A DNA stretch of 64,000 nt from Perna viridis (lineage: Eukaryota): contig CM074519.1 of the NCBI GenBank assembly GCA_037379345.1, forward strand, positions 18,254,103 through 18,318,102, given 5' to 3'. The position numbers and the translations under genes were made by a program. A model generated the notes under the pieces. It was not told the DNA's origin. It was given only the letters and a program-made list of their open reading frames with translations, and searched no databases. Each line of letters opens with the position of its first letter. Positions within the stretch are counted from its first letter, which is position 1. Below, in pieces: positions 24,481 to 36,942 of the stretch.

Positions 24481-26576
24481 TGTTAATGATAATTAACTTT
24501 TAAACACCAACCAGCACTTTGACTTCTAAATTTTAAATGTCATAAGCGCAGGTAATACCATATGTTAAAATCTGGTTCCATATGTCAAAAACTTTAGATA
24601 TATTTTAAATTCTGGTTCCATATGAGTTAACCAAAGTTTGTTTAACAAGGGTTGTCTATAGAGACAGAATACACAAAACTTATTACATCCAGCCTGATGA
24701 GAGTTTTGACATGTAGAAATGATTAAAATTCTTTTTATGGATATTTTGTGCTATGGGCCCTACATTGGTCCTATAGATTTAATGCATTTCTTTTCATTAA
24801 ACAAATAATCCCATGTAATGATTTAAAAAAGATTTTTAATATTTGGAGGAAAAGTTATATGTTTATTCCCTTTAAAATTTTTGTTATAAAGCTGTTTTCA
24901 TTCCTATTGGAAATTAATGATTTTATGGTGTAATAAATCATTATAAAGGCTTCACTTTATAAGGCAGGGTGCCTTTGAGTCTGTTATTTCAGGTTGTCTG
25001 TATGTTTAATTTTTGTGAACTTTAAAATACTTTTTTATGTTAAGCTTAATATTCTCCTCAAGAATGTTATCTTTTTTTTCTGAAGTGACAGCTTCGTCAA
25101 AGCTTTAGTAAACATTCTTTTCTTCATAGCTGTTAACCTTTTGAACAGTTCATGTGGATGACTCTCCCCCACTGACTCTCTCTCATGAGGGAGATTTTTA
25201 CATAAAAGCATCTTTTTTTTGTGTAAAAATTCAGCTATTTGGTATTTTTCACTGAAATTTTTGTAATTTTAACCTAAAACATCCCACAAAACTATCATTT
25301 TTTATATGTGAGATTTTAATTTTTCATTGATTTTGTAGGAGTTTCCACCTAATGTTGGTATGGTTAACAAGTTATATGACATTTTATTTTAATTGAAGCT
25401 TTGACTCAGAGATTTAAAATGCCAAGACGTGAACTCATTGTGAAAAAAATCAGAGACTAGCAATTTGTCCTAACAGGACCATACAGTAAAACCTGACCAG
25501 TGACATTCCAAGGAAGAGCAAAATTGTGGTCCCCTAAAGGGTATTAGACAGATGGTATTTATATACTGTGAAAGTACTTTAATTCGTGGATACCAATTGT
25601 CGGGATTAGGGACGAAACACAAGTTCATTGATTCTTGAATTCATGGTTTTGAGGTTTTCATTATACACATCAATGGAAATCTTATCATTTGGAACCAAAT
25701 TTCATAGTTTGGTCTTCCCTTGAAAAGAAAAATTTTGTTCCCATATTTCCTGGTTTCTTGGATTATCCTTATTCCTTTCCAGGCAACACAAACAACATAT
25801 TAGTTTCTTCAATTTGAGTTGGTTTTAGGGTTGGGTCAATATTTGAATAGATTGCCAATATTACCAGTGCACTTCAAAAAATTAGGAATTAGTCTTATGT
25901 GAAGGCCATGCAAAAATTCAAAATAGATTTTTCCCTGACAGGATCTAATCTTGTTCTGCATGTATTGTAATTGTTCCAGTTAGTTAGCAATAATCGGTAT
26001 AACAAGATCAACGCCACCTATTGTTTAACTTCCTATTTGTTGTTGTTTATGGTTCGTTATTTTGTAAGTTACGGTGACTTACCATAAAACAATCATGTTA
26101 CGTAACACCCTAGATGATAAGATTATCACCATTGTATGGTATTTTGGGTTTTCTGATTTTTTATGCATTTAAAGGGAGATAACTTAAAGATTTAGTAGCT
26201 TTTTTGTCTTATATAGTTTTAGGTATACTAGCATCTTTAGTTCTTGTCTATTATTTTGTATATGTGTCCTTCTGCTTGTCTGTTTACTTGAATGTATTTC
26301 TGTCTGTCTGTGTGTCTGTCTATCTGTCTTGTGTGTATGCAAATGTCCTGTAAGTACACCTTCTCCTAAACCACTAAATAGATTATGACAATTTCTAACT
26401 ATGTTAGATATCACATTTAGATGATGAAAGAACCCTTTGGGTTAGAAATTTTGTATGTGGTCTTAGGTTGATTAAACAGTCACAATGTTGCACTGATATC
26501 TATGACAGTTAATTTTGAAAAAAAAACAAAGAACAAAATAAAAACAAAAGCTATTAGACTTATATTTGAATTTCAG

Positions 26577-26673
26577 GTTTAATGCAGTTGTCTCCCTTTA
26601 GACTGAGTTATGTTTCCTGGACTGAAACCAACAACACTGGCTTCTCATGGCAGGAGAGATTTCAGGAGCAGAG
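26577..26673 (+). CDS. Candidate upstream exon of septin gene 2 (ATG 26610: MFPGLKPTTLASHGRRDFRSR, phase-1 exit)
   Basis: tttcag acceptor, GAG|gtaatt donor. Joins exon 28024 in frame. Confidence 0.4.
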
Positions 26674-26980
26674 GTAATTGGAAATATTAGGATATATTTT
26701 TATAGGAGAATGAAATCGAAGATAATTAAAAAAAAAAAAAAAAAAGAGATAGGAAATGTGAAAAATGAACTCATAGTAGGGTCCTCTTTGGGGGAATTTA
26801 AATGTATGTCTTATGTTTATTACCTTTTAAATGATATTAAAAACTGTAGTTAATCTTAAAAAAATGGGTTATAGTTCTTCTATTAAAAAGTAAGGGGTTT
26901 TTGCCACAGACTCTTTTGTGTTAAGCCGATGAGCATGTGTAACATTTACGGAACTTCTTGGATAAAATATTTTCCTAGTG

Positions 26981-27125
26981 GAAGAGTAATCAGGGGAACC
27001 AAGATACTAGCAGATATCAAAGAATGCAACCCAGGGACAAAGACCAGACATGGAAAACAGACAAACACAACAAGGAACATTAAATAACCAAAATAATACA
27101 TAGAAAAGTAAATGAGGAACTCGGA
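26981..27125 (-). mobile_element. 3' fragment of Penelope-like element
   Basis: Reverse complement matches about 62010-62165 (catgtctggtctttgtcc...ggttccc...gattactctt). Confidence 0.8.
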
Positions 27126-28023
27126 AGTGTATATTGAACATGATCCATGCATACTCACAAACTATCCCACTGTTAATATCAAAGGGTCTATACTAATATA
27201 ACATGGACAGAGTATCTTTAACTCAATTATACAATTAAAACATAAGACATACAGCCAATACAGAAAATAATACTTTATCCCTGTCTCTTAAAAGTGAATG
27301 TCATCAGAGTGTAAACTAAATTACATTGTTCCTGGATGTGGAAAAATTATTTCAAAAAGACACTTCTTCGATACTGTAAATGTACTAATTTTTGCGGTGT
27401 ACTATTTTTCGCTATTTTCACCGAGAACAGAAAACTGCAAAAAATAGAACTCGCAAAATAATTTTTAATATTAACGCTAAACCTTTTATTAAATCGCGAA
27501 AATTGATACCCCCAAATATGTTAGCTTGACAGAATATGTGATCATTAGCAACTGCTAAAATTAATATGTTAATTTACAGTATTTGAGAGCAAAATATCAA
27601 TGCAAGTGTGAAATTTAGTTTTTGCATCTCTGTCAAGTAAAAAGAAAGATAAATGAAGAACAAATGATTTTATCAAAAAATATTTTTAGATTGAATTATT
27701 TAGATATAAATACAAAAAAAACCAATCATTTATGTTGTAAATTCAAGTATGCTGTACATATAATTTAAGGTTGATTGATTGATTGTTCTGGTTTAATGCC
27801 CGAGCAGCAAAGGAGTATCCTGTCATATTAAAGCAGCATTAGAATCATATTAAGTAAGCATAGAATAAAGGACTCTTATTTGTAGTAGACAGTCTTTACT
27901 TGTTCTTATTGCAAACAGGTTCCACAATACATGGTGTGTTTACTACTATTTCTAAATTTGAGGATTAAAAAAAATTTTAACTGTTTCAAGGGAAATAACT
28001 ATCTGTATTTCAAACAATTTCAG

Positions 28024-28070
28024 ATTTGATTGAGAGAATCAAGGAAGAAACAGTGATGAATTGTGAAGAT
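28024..28070 (+). CDS. Candidate upstream exon of septin gene 2 ((D)LIERIKEETVMNCED)
   Basis: tttcag acceptor, GAT|GTGAGT donor, purine-rich, phase 1-0. Runs in frame into EEDEF at 58691. Confidence 0.55.
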
Positions 28071-29303
28071 GTGAGTATTTCACTGCTATTAATATGGTTT
28101 AAAGGGATAAGACCATGACCAACACCATTTTCATTTTTTTGTGAAAATTTCAAATGAAAATCTCAAAAGCCCGTAATTCTCCTGGCATGCATTATAATGC
28201 TGGAGTGGTAAAAAACCTTGCCATTAATCAGATTTTTAGGAATTTGTAACTAAATGAGTACTGACATATTAAATATATAGACGTCCCATTAAGAAAGCAT
28301 CTGCCTTTAAGCTATGAGAACATTGAGAACTACCAAGTCTTGTAAGCTACATTGTTAAAACATATATTCTCATTCTTCTGTTGTGTCACAGTTTGACCAT
28401 AGACATTTAGCAATTATGTTGAATTTATTTTGCCTTATCAAATATACTTACCGGTAGTCAATGTAATTATTTTTTCTATAATTAGAATCTTTTATAAGAT
28501 TGTGCTTAAACTTGTACAAATACCAGATATAAACATATAGTCTAACTTTAGCAAAGTATCATTAGTAATATGGGTGGAGGAAGGTAATTTAGCAATGTAA
28601 AATAATTATAAAAGATAACATGCTTCTCATCTAGATTTAAATAATCCTTGGGTGTAGCCATGAAATACTTAAATTTTAATGAATAAAAATGATGATGGTC
28701 TGAGTATCTGTCCATAGTATTTCTGAGTGTGGATTTACAAACCCAATTTCAAATAAAGCCCAATAGGAGCATTGTAGTGTAATCAAATGGTAGGCTAACT
28801 GAAAGCTTCTTGCCTATTTTTAGACAGTGCTTAAACCTGTACAAATACCAGATATAAACATACAACCTATGAGTGTATGGAGGTAATATTGCAATGTTTA
28901 AGAAGTATGAAATATAAGAGGCTTCTCACCAAAGCTTCAATTAGCCTTGGGATGAATCATGAAATAGCTTGAATTTTAAAATATAAAATGAAATGATGAA
29001 TATCATAAATATAGTTAGCATTTTGAAAGTGGATTCTCAAGCAGAAATGAGAATCTAGGTTCCATATAAGTTCCATATAAAGCCCAAATAGGTCCAAGGC
29101 AGAGTCTTGTAGGATAATCAAAGAGATAGGCTCCATGAACAGCTTCAGTAAAAAGCTGTGTAGAGCTGATGTTTATTATTGTACCAAACCAATTGAAAAA
29201 TTGTGTATTGTATGGTATCTTATCGTATCTCCTGGGCCTTTTCCAGACATTGCTTAAACAATATATAAACATGTATGTAGCAATATAGCTCTAGAGAAGT
29301 ATA

Positions 29304-29500
29304 AACAGGCAAATATTTTTCATGTGAAATTCTTGTTAATGAAGCTTCATATGAAATTCACATGTAATTCACATGAATTTCACGTGAAGGCTCGATTCAC
29401 CTGAATTTCATGTGAACTCTGTCAAAAAGGTTTATATGCTCAATTCAGGTGAAAATTGTGTGAAATTGGTGTGCAAATATGTGAAATAATCTTGCCTGTG
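29304..29500. mobile_element. TA-flanked MITE with internal ttcacatgaa-type repeats
   Basis: TIRs acaggcaaatatttttca / tgaaataatcttgcctgt, TA on both sides. Confidence 0.7.
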
Positions 29501-29850
29501 TACCATTAGCAATATGCATGGAAGGTAATGTTCTATTGCAATGTAAAATGAAAGATCCAAGACTTTTCACCTAAGTTTTATTTAGCCCTGGGTTGAACTA
29601 TGATATAACTTAGTTTTATTGAATAAAATAAAACAAAGATGTATAGCCAGAGATGTTGAATGCATTTAGTGTTTCACGGAAAGTGGGTTTACAGGCAGAA
29701 TATGAAGATCTAGGTTCCATGTATTGCCAAAGTATACCAAGGACAGAATCTTATAGGGTAGTCAAAAGCCCCTGATCTATTTTAGACTGCACTTAAAACT
29801 GAAATGACTCCAGACATGAACATACAACTTTGCTGTAGAGAAATATAGTA

Positions 29851-30128
29851 CATACCTGTCTAAACTTAACCCTTGATTACATGGAAACCTGTCTAAACTT
29901 AACCCTGGGTTAACTGGAAACCTGTGCTATTCAGCGATCCTATGAAGTCCATTCATATCATTTTCAATGGAAACCTGTGTTACTAAGGCATTCTATGAAG
30001 TCCATTCATATCATTTTCAATGAAAATCTGTGTTACTAAGGATTCCTATGAAGTCCATTCATATAATTTTCAATGAAACCCTGTGTTACTCAGGCATCCT
30101 AAGAAGTCCATTCATATAATTTTCAATG
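29851..30128. repeat. Tandem expansions inside a family-D-like element (33 bp x2, 53 bp x4)
   Basis: acctgtctaaacttaaccct x2. tatgaagtccattcatatcattttcaatg recurs at 53-bp spacing (29941, 29994, 30047, 30100). Confidence 0.9.
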
Positions 30129-30949
30129 TATTTTGTATTGAGTGAACACTTGCCTTAAATGAACAAAACTGACAGTCAAAAATGGTTTCTGTTTTTACCA
30201 GTTTCAATCTAATAAAGTTGGAGTATGGTTACCAGTCTTCACAACTAACTTTCCAGTTCACAGGCCTGAAACACATTTTTCAAAAATTTTTATATAGTGA
30301 CTGTCAGCCAGTTGGCTTGTAGTTGTTAAAATTACAGGTCCACCTCCATTTTGAAAAGTCTTGGGCCTTGGACTACTGCTTAATAGTGAAGACTGTGGTT
30401 ACAAGTATTGCAGTATTCCAGGTTAATAATTATATAAGATTTCAGTTACCCTTGGGTTGATCTATGAAATTGGTAAGATTTGGTTTGATCTATGAAATAG
30501 CTAAGATTTGGGTTGATATATGAAATAGCTAAGATTTTAATGAACAAAACTGGTGAAGTTTGTGGGTATTGTTACCATTAATTGTGAATCTAGGGTTTAT
30601 ATAAAGCACCTTTAGGTTTAGGAAAGATTCTTTTCAAGTAGCAGCAGGGATAGGATCCCTATAAGCTACTGTTCTATTTCCAGACTGTGCTTTAACTTCT
30701 ACAAACACAAGATATAAACATGTAGCATTACTCTAAAGTAATGTCATTTGTTTTTTGGGTGGAGTAAATAAGTATAGTTGATAACAAGTTTCTCACCTAA
30801 GTTACAATTAGCCTTGGGTTGAACCACGAAATAGCTTAAGTTTTGATGAAAGAAAAAAAGAAAGTGTTTCTCAGATGAAAAGACTATATAGAGAATGTAT
30901 AATTGCACTATTTTTAGTATTGAATAGAAGATTTTTTTTTAGAATGTAA

Positions 30950-31425
30950 GTAACAGTCTTTGTAAGAATCATGCAAAATCTGAAAAATGTGATACACCCC
31001 AACAATTAAAGGCTACATATTTTTATTTTTGTAATTAGGTTGTTTTATGGGTCTATATTGTGAAATGTGTAATTATTCATTCAAATCTGCCTGCTCTTAG
31101 GAGATAATCCACATTGAAAATCCAGTAGATTCTATTGTATTTTAGTGCCATTTACAGAGTTATCTCCCTTAATTTTGAAATCTACAGTGTATTCTATATA
31201 ATTTTATCTTGTAAGAGCACGGGTTATATGAAAAACCACATGTTAATTTCTGTTTACTATGACATTTCAAACAAAATATTGCCTGAATATAGCTGAAATA
31301 TTGCTGCTCGGGCATTAAACCCAACAAACAAACAAACAAACAATCAAACAAACTATCAAAAATAAAAATATGTAGGCTTTTTACCCATGACTCACATTTT
31401 GCATGATCCTTAGCTGGAGTCCTAC
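30950..31425. mobile_element. Family F element (inverted relative to 12908-13672) containing a SINE 3' tail at about 31270-31353
   Basis: Both ends match 12908-13672 in reverse complement. Insert atagctgaaatattgctgctcgggcattaaacc(caaa)n. Confidence 0.75.
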
Positions 31426-33079
31426 TTAACTGGGCTGATAGAAAGTGAATGGTTTAAAGACAAAGACCCAGTAGGTGTGGTATAGAGTTCTTTTAGGGAG
31501 TCACGGCCACAACCTTCTGGGAGTTCCTAAGCTTTAGAATTTCAAAATATGATATCATGTAACTTTCTATTAGAATTCATATCAGCATTTCATTTACTAC
31601 CAGTGATATATGAGGATGTACTTGTATCAATTCCCAATTTATTTAGGCTTTGTATTTGGAATGTCCTTATTGAACCATGACTAAGCATGACTAAGCATAA
31701 ACTTGTTTTGACCAGTGGCCTGTTGGGTCCTGAGAGTAAAAGGGGGGGGGGTGAGAGAAAGAGTGTTGGGACGTGAGAACTAGGGACATGGAAACTGTGG
31801 GTAATGTATGTTTGGATTTCTACACTGAAGTAAACAAAATTGGAATATAGGGGAGGGAAGTGGGAACTGCATGTACAGATGTGGGGATCCAGGATTTCAA
31901 GTTAGATGGGCATGGATATAATTAAAGGCTGGGCAAAGCAAGCCAAAACAATTTTGGAGATAGAATTTGTGAAAAGTCAAGATATTATGCAAACAAATAT
32001 TTGTTTCTCATTTTTAGGGGGGGGGCATATGCCGCACCTGATGCATGTCCTCCACACACTTCCTTGTATATTAGGCTGTGACACCAGCAATTTGGATTAT
32101 TTAAAACAGCGAAATTTTGTCTGCCCCTATTTATAGCTAAAAAATATTTTGGCACAATTTCTGAGACTAGATAAAGAGGTATTAATCATAGGCTACCACT
32201 TTTAATCTGATGATAGATGTTCATCAATTGATAGACAGATCTTGAAAGTTCAGATACCAAATTCAAAGTTGATATTCTGAACTTGAAAATGTCAGTAATA
32301 TCTACTTGTTTGAACCCAAAAGCGATCCACCCAATGTGGTATCTTAATAGCCAATACAACTACTACATAGCCTATTTTACTAATGACAACACCTTGTTAA
32401 ATATTTTCACTTCAGATACCATATACAAACCAAAGCCAATTATTCTAAACACGTCAATCCAAGTATAAATTGTTTTATTCATGATAATTGAATCCTATTA
32501 TATTGGGCAATATACTAGATATTAAAGGGCTTTGATTAAGCGTATAGGTTTCATGTTTGTCGATATTTTTAATTTTATATTATAAAACATAGAGCGATGT
32601 GAACACATGTACTTGAAGCACATTATTTTTTTCAGATACTTTAGTTTTAGGTATATCTTTTATCTTTAAGTAACAAGACTGTTGTCAATAACAAGTATTT
32701 TTGAAAATTTAGATCTAAAAACAAGATTTTATATTGTCCTTGAAAACTACGGAAATGAAATGATTTTCAGTTCTGTAAATGTATTAATTTTCATGGTTAC
32801 TTTTTTTTCTTCGGTTCAGTCATGTGAATATACTCACTGGTATGAATTTAGTGATTTAAAAAAAATGATCATTATCATCATAATAGAATTAAAAAAATAA
32901 TTTTGCTATACTTTTTTTTTGCATTTCTCAGTCCATGACAAATAGTGCAAAAATTAATTCACTGCAAATATTAAAGGAACTAAGATAAGAAAATCAAGTA
33001 GTATGAAATTGAAGAAATAGGACTTTTATAGTTAACACTCTTATTTGGTCATAAATAGCTAAGTATAGATAAGGCTTAA

Positions 33080-33291
33080 GGAGATAGACCTAGGGTAAGG
33101 GACATAATTCTTGAAATCACAGCTATGTTTGTATCATATTCAATTTCACCAAAGCCTTTCAAGCTTTCCTTTGAAACAGAATGAAATCAGTCCAAGTTAC
33201 TTTGATGCTCACATGAGATTAATGTAAAATGCTGAATACCTACATTTCAATGATTTGTTAGAATTGTGTCCCTTACCCTAGGTCTACCTCC
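33080..33291 (+). mobile_element. Kolobok-like MITE, family C (copies at 44049-44238 and 62241-62453)
   Basis: TTAA|ggagatagacctagggtaagggaca ... tgtcccttaccctaggtctacctcc|TTAA. GG..CC termini with a TTAA TSD fit Kolobok better than piggyBac. Three similar copies. Confidence 0.85.
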
Positions 33292-33899
33292 TTAAGAGGG
33301 GTTAAAAATACTGTCCACTCTTTGATTTCAAAGTAATGGCTAAAAATAAGTATCACATTTAAAGTATGGGTAAATGGATTGTACATTTACTAGCCAGAAA
33401 CAAGTTAAACTTGATGTAGTTAAGTTAAGCTGAACTTTATTTACAAATTTTTGGCACAGACTAAAGAAGGGATATTTATAATAAACAAACTTTGAGTTTA
33501 AGAGTTGATTTGGCTAATTATCAAGAAGATTTGACATATTTTCTCCCAACCCAACTCTTAAAGTTTCTTTCAAACATGTCTACATATGGAGCTTATTATC
33601 TTCAAGTTACACTGTGGAACCTGTATTGTCCAAACCATATATAAATTTGAAATCAGTCTTAATTTGACATCTTCAAAAGTTCCTTAGTAGTTGAACCTAT
33701 GAAAGTGGGGTGAATAGTTTAGGGAGGATAGCAGCTCCATCTTCCTACTTCCCTTTCCTCAATTTTACCTTCCCAACCTTATTTAAAATTAAAAAAGGAT
33801 AGCAAAACCAAAAATAAAACATTAATGGAAATTGATTAAGTGATACCCAGCCATGTAATGTTAAAAAAAGGGGGATGGTAGAATGCTTAAAATGGCTTA

Positions 33900-34120
33900 A
33901 TTGAAAACTGCAATTTTGGATTTCACTGAATATTAAACTGCATTTAATGATGCTAAACAAAAACTGTGTGAAGTTTAAAAAAAAAACATTGATGTTATCA
34001 AGTTATCCTCTGAAAATCATTGGGGACGGACAGACAAACAGAAAGATTGATGGACATGTAACTTTTTGCAGGATATCATGTAATACCTTGCCATGTCTTG
34101 TGGTGGGTTACATAAACAAA
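33900..34120 (+). mobile_element. Helentron/HINE-like non-autonomous fragment
   Basis: ggacggacagacaaacag microsatellite, then a short imperfect hairpin and A-tract. Similar reverse fragments near 26270-26440 and 36590-36780. Confidence 0.45.
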
Positions 34121-36194
34121 ACAGAAACAGAAAAACCTCCCACATTATTCCTAGTTCCTGTGTCCCCTAATTACCAACCGATCATACCGCTTCACTTCAA
34201 CATCTCACCACCACCCATCCACCCCCCTTACTCCTGAGTTTTCTACCCCTAGTCCAAATATTAACCAAACACCTTCCTGAAATGAACTACACACTAAGTC
34301 CTAAAAATGTTGAATTTAAGGCAAAAAAATATCTTAGATACTCATACCCTCCTGACCCATTTTTTTCACACTCCCCGAAAAGTTTTATTTTGATTTTTTA
34401 CCCAATTTAGGTCAATCTCTTTCAAATTGACAGCATTTTTCACTTAAATCGAATAAAATTCACCGCCCATCCCTAGTTTTGATAAAATGTTGGATGAGAA
34501 TCTGGGAATTTTTTTATGATGGCCTAAACTGGGTTTCACTGTATCTATGATTTATGCCAGAAATTAGTTTTACTCTAAATTGATAGGGGTGGGGTCATCA
34601 GAGTTAATCATAAACAATTTATTAGCATTATAAAAAGATATATACTTTTGCTTTCTTTGGAACAGTTGTTTTTAAACACTTTTTATTTATAGACAATTTA
34701 TTTGGATTATAAAATAGATATAATCGTTCATATCTATTGAACTGTTGTTCTTATATAGAATTTTGATATGAATTGGCTGAGAGAATATAAGCATAGGATT
34801 AAGTATTGATTGTGTTCTGTTACAAATGTTTTTTTTTATTTGTACAATGAAATCTGAATAGAAAGATTTGTTTTGTGTCAACATGTATACTTTAAAAGTG
34901 AAAAATGAGGAAATGGTGATAAAATCAGTGAAATTAGAGAAACTATCTAAAATTAGGATGTAATGAAGTTTCTGGACTATAATTTTCTTTTCTAAAAATT
35001 TAAGTCTATAGGATAGGCTGACAATAGATTTTTTTTTAAACATTCTTGACTACTCTTTCTTTGAAAAGACAGAAAGTGTGGACAAGAGGAGAAACTGATT
35101 TGCATGTTTAAAATGTGTGGGATGAAGTGATAAAAAAAGGAGATAAAATTCAGAAGGTGATCAACAGACTTGTAAAAGATAATCATATAGAACATACACA
35201 TTTTGAAAGTTTGTAACTTTAAACTTGACATACTCAAGGAGAAAAGTTTTAACTGATAGTTGATAATTCTAAAATTTAACAGAACATTGTTTTAGACAAG
35301 GAAAAGTAACCACACTGAACCGATTACTTTAAGAAATTCAAATACGGTAATGAGGAAGAAACTTGTCATGTGATGCAAAACAATAGCTTATTATTTGGAA
35401 TAGAAATCTAATTGTAAAAACAAAACATGAATACCTATACCTTGAAATAGGGATAAAAAGTTGATAAACTGAAGGGAAAAATATATCAAAAGTGCAAAGT
35501 ACTTTGTATTACCAACCCTTGAAATAGATTTGATATTTGACCTAACTGAGTGATCTGTTTAGGAAATGCTGGGGAAAACAAGTGTTTTTATATAGAAATT
35601 ATTTTTTCTTCGAAAAAAAGATGTGATGACTGATTAACTTTAAACTAAGGAATTAGGAAGACATAGGGAAAACAGAGTTGAATTAAGAGGAAAAACTATT
35701 TATATCTGTAGGCCTTGAAATACATGTAACCAAATTTTGTGTAAAGGAAAAAATGGAGACAAATCAATTTGCAAATAGGAAAACAATTGTGTGACTAAAG
35801 TACACATGAATTTGAATGAATATATGTAATATTTTGGCTAACCAATATTTCTTGTGAAGAAAAAAAACTAATTTGAAGAGAGAAAATGAGTGATTAAAGG
35901 ATTAGTTACTTCAACTGACCATACCTTAAAATTAATGAAATATTTTGATTAACCGAATTTTAACCAAAGGATAGGATAAAACGATTGACTAAGGAATAAA
36001 AAACTATAAGTATATCTTAATTTGAATGATGGAGATTTGATACAGATGTTACACCTTACAATAAACAAGTTGTGTATTGGATGTGTATTGGGGATGTTAA
36101 TTAGAAAAGATGAAAGGACAGGTGTAATATTGTGGTGATATTAGATGATCTAAAGGTTATACCATTGGCAATTAGTGTTTATAAATAATAAACT

Positions 36195-36227
36195 ATGGCA
36201 GGAAGGAGGAGGAAAACTATATCAAAG
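36195..36227 (+). CDS. Candidate alternative first coding exon of septin gene 2 (MAGRRRKTISK)
   Basis: aactATGG start context, consensus AAG|GTAAGT donor, phase 0. Preceded by about 1.4 kb of purine-rich, UTR-like sequence. Confidence 0.65.
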
Positions 36228-36800
36228 GTAAGTCAGACACATAATCAATTATAGGCTTACGCTCGTAGGAATTAAAACTTATATTCCCGTATTTTTTTCT
36301 TCAATACAAAACTAAGATATTGAAAAATTTTGCAATAATCAGTTTATATATAAAATATAATAATGTGTACATACTATTTTTTGTGGGTACCAATTTTCAT
36401 GGATATCGTGGATAAGGTAAACCACAAAATTTGATTCCCAATGAAAAGGATTATTTAATTTATATGGTATGACAAGGTCATCAAAATCACAAATTCAAGA
36501 ATCAACGAAATTGTGCTTTTCCCTTAAACCACGAAAATTGATACCCAACGAATATAAGTACTTTCACAGTAATTGCTTTTGATATCCAATTTACTTCCAC
36601 TTAATGACGGGTTGGAATATTGAAATTACTTTGTCAGTCCGACAGTCAGTCCATCATTCTGTCCATCCTAAAATGAACCAATTGAGAAAATTTTCATCAC
36701 AAATATCTTGACTCCCACTGACCAGATGGATTTCAATGTGGTTTGGGGTGTACTTAGATGGATAATCATTTATGATTCCCAGACTAGTAAGGTTATATCT

Positions 36801-36942
36801 AGAGGCAGATCCAGAGATTCTCAAAAGAGGCACCCCCTGACTGGCCTAAGAGAGAGCCCGGCTCTGTCATAGCTCAGCAATTTTCCATATAATCAACTAA
36901 TTTTTCCTGACCTAAGGCCCTCCACCCTTGGATCCGCCTATG
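36801..36942. mobile_element. Short GGATCC-type MITE (hAT-like ends)
   Basis: gaggcagatccag ... ttggatccgcctatg inverted ends. Related remnants at 15659-15739 and 43465-43610. Confidence 0.5.

Larger units (their letters stand above)
28490..30860. repeat. Old diverged tandem array (about 5 units of 320-420 bp) interrupted by insertions
   Basis: Anchor gcttaaac..gtacaaataccagatataaaca at about 28503, 28829, 29252, 29789 and 30689. Anchor ccttggg...atgaaatagctt at about 28646, 28945, 29586, 30450 and 30812. Confidence 0.75.

Noticed and set aside
34800-36194. Decayed coding exon in the purine-rich stretch
   Set aside because: Only short ORFs and no consistent frame were seen. It is more simply read as a long 5' UTR ahead of the 36195 start.
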